Shown here: in pieces, positions 56,134 to 64,000 of the stretch | How positions within the stretch are numbered: position 1 is the first letter of the stretch | Layout of the letters: the number at the start of each line of letters is the position of its first letter | Assembly (NCBI GenBank): GCA_047601445.1 | Contig: JASGJH010000001.1 | Location: 2,560,001-2,624,000 of the forward strand | Direction: 5' to 3' | Length of the DNA stretch: 64,000 nt | DNA from: Myxococcales bacterium | GTDB taxonomy: Bacteria > Myxococcota_A > Polyangia > Polyangiales > DASUME01 | The notes under the pieces: generated by a model | Told to the model about the DNA's origin: nothing | Database searches by the model: none | Seen by the model: the letters and a program-made list of their open reading frames with translations, nothing else | Position numbers and translations under genes: made by a program

Positions 56134-57945
56134 ATGACCACGCCGACTCGCCCCGATCTGCGCAACATCGCCATCATCGCTCACGTTGACCACGGGAAAA
56201 CCACCCTCGTCGACGCCATGCTCAAGCAGACCGGCACGTTCAGAGAGAACGAGGCCGTGGCTGACCGCGTGATGGACTCGAACGACCTCGAGCGCGAGCG
56301 CGGCATCACCATCCTCGCCAAGAACGCCTCCTGCTCCTACAAGGGCGTGCGCATCAACATCATCGACACCCCCGGCCACGCCGACTTCGGTGGTGAGGTG
56401 GAGCGCACCATCAGCATGGCGGACGGCGTGCTCCTGCTGGTGGACGCCGCCGAGGGCCCGCTGCCGCAGACGCGCTTCGTGCTCAGCAAGGCGCTCGAGC
56501 TGGGCATCCCGGTGGTGGTCGTGATCAACAAGATCGACCGTCCCGACGCGCGTCCCGACGAAGTGCTCACCGAGACCTTCGACCTGTTCTGCGAGCTCGA
56601 GGCGAGCGAGGAGCAGCTCGACTTCGGCACCGTGTACACCATCGCGAAGCACGGCCTGGCCAAGCTCGCCCTCACGGACGAAACGAACGATCTTTCGCCG
56701 CTCCTCGAGACCATCCTGACGCGCGTGCACCCGCCCAAGGCCGACGTGGAGGGTGGGCTCCAGATGCTCGTCACCAACGTCGAGTACGACGAGTACGTGG
56801 GTCGTTTGGCCGTGGGCAAGATCCGCCGCGGCAAGGTCAAAGCCGGCGACCAAGTCCTACGCATGACCGACGCGGGCAATACGCAGCACAAGGTCAGCAT
56901 GCTGTACGGCATGCGCGGCGTGAAGCGCACCTCGCTCGATGAGGCCAGCGCCGGCGACATCGTGATGATCGCTGGCATGGACGAGGTGAACATCGGCGAC
57001 ACCATCGCCTCGCCGACCGTGCCCGAGGCGCTGCCGCGCATCGTGGTCGAGGAGCCCACGATCAAGGTGCGTTTCCACGTGAACAGCTCTCCGTTCGCCG
57101 GCAAGAGCGGCAAGTGGGTCACCTCGCGCCACCTGCGCGACCGCCTCGAGCGCGAGATGCGCAAGAACCTGGCGATGAAGATGGAAGAGACGGACACCCC
57201 CGACGCCTTCACGGTGTACGGCCGCGGTGAGCTGATGATCGCCATCTTGCTCGAGAACATGCGCCGCGAGGGCTACGAGGTCGCGGTCTCCATGCCCGAG
57301 GTCGTCACCAAGGAGATCGACGGCGTGCTCAGCGAGCCCGTGGAGCGCGTCATCGTCGACGTGCCCGACGAGTACGTGGGCGCCATCACGCAGCGTCTCG
57401 GCGAGCGCCGTGGCCGCATGGACAAGATGATGAACCTGGGCTTCGGGCGTTCACGCGTGGAGTTCGTGGTGCCTTCGCGTGGCCTCATCGGCTTCCGCGG
57501 CATGTTCCTCACGGACACGCGCGGCACCGGCCTCCTCAACACCCAGTTCCACGGCTGGCAGGCCTTCAGCGGTTCCATGCAGCTGCGTCCCAACGGCGCC
57601 ATGGTGAGCGACCGTCAGGGCACCGCCATCCCCTACGCTCTGTTCAACCTGCAGCCCCGCGGCATCATGTTCGTTCCGCCGGGTGTGGACGTCTACGAGG
57701 GCATGATCATCGGCGAGCACAATCGCGAGAACGACCTCGACGTGAACGCCTGCCGCGAGAAGAAGCTCACCAACATCCGTGCGGCCGGCCGCGATGAGAA
57801 CATCATCCTCACGCCGCCGCGCAACATGACCATCGAGCTCGCGATGGAGTGGATCGACGGCGACGAGCTGGTGGAGATCACCCCCGACGCCGTGCGCGTG
57901 CGCAAGAAGATCCTCGAGTGTAGCCGCCGCCCCAAGCGCACCTGA
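56134..57945 (+). CDS. typA: Translational GTPase TypA/BipA
   Basis: [70 protein letters not shown]. Confidence 0.97.
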   Translation: MTTPTRPDLRNIAIIAHVDHGKTTLVDAMLKQTGTFRENEAVADRVMDSNDLERERGITILAKNASCSYKGVRINIIDTPGHADFGGEVERTISMADGVLLLVDAAEGPLPQTRFVLSKALELGIPVVVVINKIDRPDARPDEVLTETFDLFCELEASEEQLDFGTVYTIAKHGLAKLALTDETNDLSPLLETILTRVHPPKADVEGGLQMLVTNVEYDEYVGRLAVGKIRRGKVKAGDQVLRMTDAGNTQHKVSMLYGMRGVKRTSLDEASAGDIVMIAGMDEVNIGDTIASPTVPEALPRIVVEEPTIKVRFHVNSSPFAGKSGKWVTSRHLRDRLEREMRKNLAMKMEETDTPDAFTVYGRGELMIAILLENMRREGYEVAVSMPEVVTKEIDGVLSEPVERVIVDVPDEYVGAITQRLGERRGRMDKMMNLGFGRSRVEFVVPSRGLIGFRGMFLTDTRGTGLLNTQFHGWQAFSGSMQLRPNGAMVSDRQGTAIPYALFNLQPRGIMFVPPGVDVYEGMIIGEHNRENDLDVNACREKKLTNIRAAGRDENIILTPPRNMTIELAMEWIDGDELVEITPDAVRVRKKILECSRRPKRT

Positions 57946-57947
57946 TC

Positions 57948-58058
57948 GCCGCGACGGCTGGGAGGGCGCGTGCCCTCCCGTGAGCGCAGCGAACCTCGCG
58001 GATGGATGGGTTCCGGCGCGGCGTTGCCGCGACGGGCGGGAGGGAGCGTGCCCTCCCG
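57948..58058. repeat. Two 33-bp REP-like palindromic direct repeats
   Basis: 57948-57980 and 58026-58058, 3 mismatches; each contains a GGGAGGG...CCCTCCC stem. Confidence 0.85.
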
Positions 58059-58079
58059 CAAACAAGCTATCCTTGTCCC

Positions 58080-58907
58080 ATGGCACTCGATCCCATCCTG
58101 GCGCCTGAAGCGCTCTCTCACCTGGAACAACCCGTTCTGCTCGACTGTCGGGCTGGAGCCAAGGCTCGAGCGGACTTCGAGAGCGGGCACCTACGCGGAG
58201 CCATCTTCGCGGATCTCGAGCGGGACCTCGCGCACCCCCAGGCCCCCGAGCACGGTGGGCGCCACCCCCTGCCCGACGTGTCCACCTTCGCAGCCACGCT
58301 GGGCAGGTGGGGCATCACGCCCGAGTCCCACGTAGTCGCCTACGACGACCAGGCGGGCGCCAACGCCGCAGCCCGACTGTGGTGGATGTTGCGGGCGCTG
58401 GGCCACGCCAAGGTGCAGATCCTGGACGGCGGATTGCCGGCCGCCGTCGCAGCGGGCCACGCGCTCACCGACGAGCGCCCTAGTGTCGCGCCCAAGCCGC
58501 CCTACCCCACGCTCGGCTTTGGGCTTCCCGTGGCGGATATCACCGAGGTCGATCGGGTGCGCACCGCGCGGGATCATCGCGTGCTCGATGTGCGCGCGGC
58601 GTTTCGCTACCGCGGCGAGAGCGAGCCCATCGATCCCGTGGCAGGCCACATCCCGGGTGCGCAGAACCTGCCGTTCGGAGAGAACCTGCTCGACGGTCGG
58701 TTTCGCTCCGCCAAGGAGCTGCGCGCACTCTACCGCGAACTGCTGGGGGATGTACCGAGTGAGAACCTGATCGTGCACTGCGGCTCGGGCGTCACCGCTT
58801 GTCACACGCTGGCAGCGCTCGAACGGGCAGGCATCCAGGGCGCGAAGCTCTACGTGGGCTCCTGGAGCGAGTGGTGCCGCGACCCGGCGCGCCCACGCGA
58901 GCCCTGA
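58080..58907 (+). CDS. sseA: Sulfurtransferase (3-mercaptopyruvate/SseA-type, double rhodanese)
   Basis: GH..GA, GRHPLP, AARLWW, LDGG, EPIDPVAGHIPGA, CGSGVTA, LYVGSWSEW. Confidence 0.9.
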   Translation: MALDPILAPEALSHLEQPVLLDCRAGAKARADFESGHLRGAIFADLERDLAHPQAPEHGGRHPLPDVSTFAATLGRWGITPESHVVAYDDQAGANAAARLWWMLRALGHAKVQILDGGLPAAVAAGHALTDERPSVAPKPPYPTLGFGLPVADITEVDRVRTARDHRVLDVRAAFRYRGESEPIDPVAGHIPGAQNLPFGENLLDGRFRSAKELRALYRELLGDVPSENLIVHCGSGVTACHTLAALERAGIQGAKLYVGSWSEWCRDPARPREP

Positions 58908-58928
58908 TCCCAGCCTGGACGCAGCGAG

Positions 58929-60749
58929 CTACTCGCCCGTGTGATCGAGCGGCTCGGGGTCAGCATCCCCCGTCGGCTCCACGGCCGAAGCGCGAGCGGG
59001 CGCGGCCGGAAGCTTGACCCAGAACACGCTGCCGCCGCGCTCGCGGGGTCGCATGTTGACGGTGCCGTGCATGGCTTCCACCAGGTGCTTGACGATGGAG
59101 AGTCCGAGGCCGGTGCCGCCCATGTCGCGCGATCGGCCTGGATCCACACGATAGAAGCGCTCGAAGAGCCGCGCACGGTGCGATTCGGGCACCCCCGGGC
59201 CGGTATCCCAGACTTCGAAGATCGCACAATCGTGGTCGCGCCTGGCCTCGAGCCCGATCACGCCGCCCTTCGGGGTGTACTTGATGGCGTTGTCGACCAA
59301 GTTCACCAGCACGTGCTCCAGCGAGCGGGCATCGGCGACGAACTCGAGGTCGTCCTCCACCTGCACCTCGAAGGTGAGGCCACGACCGAGGGCGCGCGTC
59401 TCGAGCAGGTCGAGCACTGCGCCCACCGGGCCTTCGGCCGTCATGGGCTTGAGGTCGACCTCGTAGCTGCCCGCCTCGATGCGCGATAGATCGAGCAGCT
59501 CGTTGACCAAGCGCGACAGGCGCTCGGCGTTGCGCTGTACGGCCCCAAGGAACTCCTGGCTGCGCAGCGGGTCCGACAGCGCCCCCCCTGCCAGCGTCTC
59601 CACGTTGGCGCTGATGATGCTCACGGGCGTGCGCAGCTCGTGGGAGACGTTGGCTACGAAGTCGCGGCGCATGGTCTCCAGCTTGCGCAGCTCGGTCACG
59701 TCGCGCAGCACGAGCACGCTCTGCTTGCGTGAGCCCTCCGGCGCGGCCGTGGCGGAGAGCGTGCGGCGGGGCGGTCCTTGCCAGGTAAACTCCGCGTGCG
59801 CGGTCTCGCCCGCCTTGGCGCGCTCCACGATCTCGAGCAGCGCCGGCACCCGAATGACCTCGATCAACGGCGTCCCAGTGGGCGCGCGCGGGAGTCCAAG
59901 CAGGCGCAGCGCGGAGCGGTTGATCTCGGTGACCTGGAGCTTGTTGTCGATGGCGAGCACTGCGTCCGTCAAGCTCTCCAGGATGGCACCGATGCGGTCA
60001 CGCTCGACGCTCAGGGTGCGCATGGTGCGCTCGAGCTCGTCCGCCATGTGATTGAAGGATCCCGCCAACCCTCCGAGCTCGTCTCCGGGTTCCACGGAGA
60101 GCCGCTCGCCGCCCGCACCGCTAGCCAGCACACGCGCGCGCGACACCAGACGCATCAAGCTGCGAGAGGCGAAGTAGGAGGCAAGTCCGCCCATCATGGC
60201 GGCCACGGCCAAGCCGAGCAGCACGGCGCCCGTGATGAGCCAGCGCATCTGCGAGATCAGGGCATCGACGTAGGCCAGCGACATGGCCACACGCACCACA
60301 CCATCACCGTCGGCACGCTTGAAGGGCACGGCCAGATACATCATCTGCGCGCGCACCGTGTTGCTGTAGCGCGAGGAGAGACCACGCCCGTCTTGCTTGG
60401 CGTGCATCACCTCTGGCCGGGTGCCGTGGTTGTCGAGCCCGGCGAGCTCCGACTCCGACAAGGACGAATCCGCGAGCACCGTGCCGCGGGCGTCGATCAC
60501 CGTGACGCGCGCCCGACTGGCCTTGCCGAGCTTGCGCACGAGGTTCTGGTGGCTGCCCAGGGACATCGCCCCCGGCGCCGTCTCCACGGACTCCGAGGTG
60601 ATCGCGGCTAGACGCTCGAGTTCCTCGCTGACCTGGTCGGACAGCAGTTTGCGCATCACCGTCTCGAGCAAGACGCCACTGGTGATCGCGGCCAGCGCGA
60701 TCAGGCCCAGCGAGATGACGAAGAGCTTACCGCGTATCCCGAGCTTCAA
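58929..60749 (-). CDS. phoR: PhoR-like sensor histidine kinase (2 TM, HAMP, PAS, HisKA, HATPase)
   Basis: LE.MRRDFVANVSHELRTP, NLVDNAIKYT, FERFYRVD.GRSR.MGGTGLGLSIVKH; coupled to the phoB-like gene. Confidence 0.85.
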   Translation of the reverse strand: MKLGIRGKLFVISLGLIALAAITSGVLLETVMRKLLSDQVSEELERLAAITSESVETAPGAMSLGSHQNLVRKLGKASRARVTVIDARGTVLADSSLSESELAGLDNHGTRPEVMHAKQDGRGLSSRYSNTVRAQMMYLAVPFKRADGDGVVRVAMSLAYVDALISQMRWLITGAVLLGLAVAAMMGGLASYFASRSLMRLVSRARVLASGAGGERLSVEPGDELGGLAGSFNHMADELERTMRTLSVERDRIGAILESLTDAVLAIDNKLQVTEINRSALRLLGLPRAPTGTPLIEVIRVPALLEIVERAKAGETAHAEFTWQGPPRRTLSATAAPEGSRKQSVLVLRDVTELRKLETMRRDFVANVSHELRTPVSIISANVETLAGGALSDPLRSQEFLGAVQRNAERLSRLVNELLDLSRIEAGSYEVDLKPMTAEGPVGAVLDLLETRALGRGLTFEVQVEDDLEFVADARSLEHVLVNLVDNAIKYTPKGGVIGLEARRDHDCAIFEVWDTGPGVPESHRARLFERFYRVDPGRSRDMGGTGLGLSIVKHLVEAMHGTVNMRPRERGGSVFWVKLPAAPARASAVEPTGDADPEPLDHTGE

Positions 60750-61483
60750 GCGGCGTCCGAAGGGTGTGCGCGCAGGCGATAGCCCACGCCGCGGATGGTC
60801 TCGACGTACTCACCGGCAGCGCCGAGCTTCTCCCGCAGACGCTTCACGTGCGTGTCCACGGTGCGCGTGGTGATATCGGCGTGGATGCCCCAGACGTCCT
60901 CGAGCAACGTGGTGCGGGTCTGCACGCGACCGCGCCGGTCGAGCAAGGTCGTGAGCAACCGGAACTCGAGCGCCGTGAGCACGATCTCCTCACGCTGCAC
61001 CCAGACCTGGTGGGCATCCGGATCCAAATGGAGCAGGCCGAACTCGACCTTCTTGGCGGTGGGCGTGGCGGGTGCGTCGCGCGAACGGCGCAGCACGGCA
61101 CGGATGCGCAACATCAGCTCGCGCACGCTGAACGGCTTGGTCACATAGTCGTCGGCTCCGACCTCGAAGCCCACCACACGGTCGATCTCGTCGTCCTTGG
61201 CGGTCAGCATGACCACCGGCACCCGCCGCAAGCTCTCGTCCCCGCGCAGCTGGCGGCACAGCTCCGTGCCCGACATGTCCGGCAGCATCAGATCGAGCAA
61301 GATGAGATCCGGCACGGGCTTCTCGCGGGCGGCGCGCAAGGCCTCGACGCCATGCTTGGCCGTGCGCGTGCGGTAGCCCTCCTGCTGCAGGTTGTAGGCC
61401 AAGGTGTCGACGATATCGGACTCGTCGTCGACCACGAGGATCAGGGGGCGTTTGACTGGTTCGGCCGTGCTGTCTGAAACCAC
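60746..61483 (-). CDS. phoB: PhoB-like OmpR-family response regulator
   Basis: ILVVDDE, PDLILLDLMLP, MLTAK..EIDRVVGFEVGADDYVTKPFS, GRVQTR..LL.DVW, RTVDTHVKRLR.KL, ETIRGVGYR. Probable GTG start at 61483 with GAGG RBS. Confidence 0.85.
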   Translation of the reverse strand: MVSDSTAEPVKRPLILVVDDESDIVDTLAYNLQQEGYRTRTAKHGVEALRAAREKPVPDLILLDLMLPDMSGTELCRQLRGDESLRRVPVVMLTAKDDEIDRVVGFEVGADDYVTKPFSVRELMLRIRAVLRRSRDAPATPTAKKVEFGLLHLDPDAHQVWVQREEIVLTALEFRLLTTLLDRRGRVQTRTTLLEDVWGIHADITTRTVDTHVKRLREKLGAAGEYVETIRGVGYRLRAHPSDAA

Positions 61484-61605
61484 TGGTTGCCTCGCCGCTA
61501 AAGCCAACAAACAGGGGCGAATTACCATATCTCGGGCGGAATCGCTGTGACGTTCGCGCAAAGACGTGCCCCCGTCCCCGGGGATGATAGGATGGCCATT
61601 GGCGC

Positions 61606-63580
61606 ATGGCTCGCCCGACGCCCCTATCGATTCGCCTACATGCGAGCACGCCCGCGCCCAGCTGGGAGGCGGGGCGAACCGAGCTGTCCGGCGAAGAGCT
61701 GGCGAGCGTGCTCACGTCCGTGCCGGCGCTCATCTTGGTCGCCGACCGGGAAAACCGTGTGATCGCCTGCACCGGCAGCCCCGGCGTGCAGGTGGCGCCG
61801 GGCTGCGATTTGTTCGATTTCGTGCCGATCCGCCACAGCGCCTTCTACCGAGAGCAGCTCAAGCGGGCGCTAACCGGCGGCGAGACGGTGGTATTCGACG
61901 TGGAGGGCCCGGGCTTCGAGTTCGACGCCCCCGACGTGAGCACGCCATGGCGGCGCTGGACGCGTGTGCGGCTCACACCGTTCGCAGTGGGCGGCGACAT
62001 CCGCGGGGCGATCGCTTTGGCCCAGGACGTCGATCGCGAGCTCTCCCTGGAGCGCCGAGAGAATCGCATCCGCGAGACGCTGGACCATGTCGGCGAGGGC
62101 ATGTTGGTGGTGGATCTGGTCACGGGCGCGGTGCTCGAGTGCAACGAGGCCGCGGCGCGCCTGTTCGGCATCGCGGCCGACGAGCTGCGCGACACCACGC
62201 CTGCCTGGCTACAGATCGCCCCCGAGGGGGGCGCGCGGCTCGGCTGGGGTGCTCTGCTCGACGAGCTGATGGAGGGGCAGGCGCTGCGAGGGCAAGCCAT
62301 CCTGCGTGAAGGCGAGGAAGTCAGCATCGAGCTGCGCGCCACCTCTCGCAAGCTGGAGGACGGCCACTTCGCCTTCGTGCTGTGTCGCAACATCACCCAG
62401 GACTTGGCCCTCGAGCGCGAGCGGGCCAACCAGGAGCGCCTGGCCACCGTGGGTTCGCTAGCCGCCGGTGTGGCGCACGAGATCAACAATCCGCTCGCCT
62501 ACGTGATCGCCAACGTCCAGTACGCGCTCGACGCCATCAACCAGTGGCAGATGCGCGAGGCCGACCCCAGCGCCGATCCCGAACGACGTCGCGCGCAGAT
62601 CAAGGAAGCACTCTACGAAGCTAACGAGGGCGCGCGGCGCGTGCAGCGCATCGTCTCGGACCTCAAGGCGTTGGCTCGTCAGGGGGAAGATCGGGTGGAG
62701 CCGATCGACGTGGAGAACACGCTGCAGTGGGCGATCGGCGTGAGCATGCCGGAGATCCGCCTGCGGGCGCGGCTGGTGCGCGACTTCGATCCGATGCCCA
62801 TGGTGCGCGGTGACGAGGCGCGCCTCGGCCAGGTGTTCGTGAACATTTTGCTCAACGCAGCCCAGGCCATCCCGGCGGGGCGCCCGCAGGATCACGAGAT
62901 CCGCATCCGCGCCGGCACCCGCAACCGCCGGGTGTTCATCGACGTCCTCGACACCGGCCCGGGCATCCGTGAAGAGCACCTGCGCCGGATCTTCGATCCG
63001 TTCTTCACCACCAAACCGCGCGGCATCGGCACCGGTCTGGGGCTCAGCATCTGCCACGAGATCGTGGCCTCCATGCGCGGTTCGCTCACGGCAGAGAACC
63101 GACCAGGAGGCGGCGCCGAAATTCGCGGTCGAGCTGCCTGCGCACATCGCTGCGCCCGACGCGCCCGCACCGCCGCGCAGCCGCCCGCCCGTAGCCAACC
63201 AGGCCCAGAGCGCGCGCATCCTCATCATCGACGACGAGATGCTGGCGGCCAAGGCCCTGGCCCGCATCCTGCGCGACCACAAGGTCGAGATCTCCGATCA
63301 CGCCCCCACCGGGCTGTCGCTCGCGCTCGAGAACCGCTTCGACGTGATCTTCTGCGACCTGATGATGCCCGACCTCACCGGCATGGCCGTGCACGAGGCC
63401 GTCTCCCAGCAATGTCCCGACGTCGCCAAGCGCATGATCTTCGTCACCGGCGGCACCTTCACCGACGAGGCCCGCAGCTTCGCCGCGCGGCACGCGACGC
63501 GCTGCCTGTTCAAGCCGTTCGACACGTCCCTGGTGCGAAACGCCATCGCGCACATGCTCTCGGAACAAGGGGCAGCCTGA
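61606..63580 (+). CDS. PAS hybrid histidine kinase/receiver; +1 frameshift at ~63120
   Basis: LAAGVAHEINNPL, QVFVNILLNAAQA, DTGPG, FDPFFTTK..G.GTGLGL. Removing one A at 63119-63121 gives GAEFAVELP and joins the receiver (ILIIDDE, CDLMMP, FVTGG, KPF). Confidence 0.88.
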
Positions 63581-63607
63581 CGCGAATCGTGCTAGCCATG
63601 CCTTGTT

Positions 63608-64000
63608 TTGCCCGCAGGAACTGCACCCACCCCGTCCGACGCTGAGCTCGTCGAGCGCTCTGACACGCAGGCCTCCGTCGTCGTGATCGGAGGAGGCATG
63701 GCCGGACTCGCGAGCGCCTGGCAGCTCGTGGCACTCGGCGTGCCCGACGTGCTGGTGGTCGAGCAGGAGAGCATGCTCGGCGTCCATGCCAGCGGGCGCA
63801 ATGCCGCCATCTTTCTACCGCTGGAAGAGAGCACCGACGCCGTCTGGCTGGCCGCGAGGTCCCGCGAGATCCTGGACGCACGTCTCGGCACGTCGTGGTT
63901 GTCTGCCCAGGGAGTGCTGCTGGCGGCCGCCGATCCGGACGGTCTCGACGAGCTGCGCTTCGCGGCGCGCCGACTCGACGTCTTCCACGAACGCTGGGGC
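63608..64000 (+). CDS. FAD-dependent oxidoreductase (DAO family), truncated by the window end
   Basis: VVVIGGGMAGLASAWQL...VLVVEQE...HASGRNAA; start codon uncertain (TTG 63608). Confidence 0.85.
   Translation, partial: MPAGTAPTPSDAELVERSDTQASVVVIGGGMAGLASAWQLVALGVPDVLVVEQESMLGVHASGRNAAIFLPLEESTDAVWLAARSREILDARLGTSWLSAQGVLLAAADPDGLDELRFAARRLDVFHERWG

Noticed and set aside
61536..61564. Autoregulatory Pho box upstream of phoB
   Set aside because: Only one good half-site (ACGTCAC); phased neighbours do not match.

Overview
High-GC bacterial DNA whose gene content (Hanks-type Ser/Thr kinases, ECDDGN Cys-rich repeats, MYXO-CTERM-like tail, DAG-linker lipoproteins) points to a myxobacterium (inferred, not verified). 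Positions ~1-52.5 kb are an accessory region of secreted and surface proteins. From ~53.9 kb there is a housekeeping/regulatory block (oligopeptidase A, typA, sulfurtransferase, phoB-phoR-like pair, PAS hybrid kinase). Phosphorus acquisition recurs throughout: a beta-propeller phytase, a 5'-nucleotidase, a porin with a small binding-protein-like partner, a TonB receptor with a lipoprotein, and PhoB/PhoR. The most unusual part is 25-47 kb. It holds two tandem ~90%-identical 644-aa secreted proteins that keep PstS phosphate-binding motifs but carry 24 Cys, plus a decayed third copy. It also has four lipoproteins sharing an unrecognised Cys-rich C-terminal domain, three c-type cytochrome lipoproteins (one with CX5CH/CX4CH motifs), a DsbA-like protein lacking CxxC, and a GT41 glycosyltransferase. 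11-bp-phased Pho-box-like sites lie upstream of several of these genes. My hypothesis is a PhoB-controlled, disulfide-rich, heme-containing surface phosphate-capture system. Three genes have single-base insertions in short homopolymers, probably sequencing errors. I found no rRNA, tRNA, CRISPR array or transposase. All calls come from manual motif recognition; no database searches were run.
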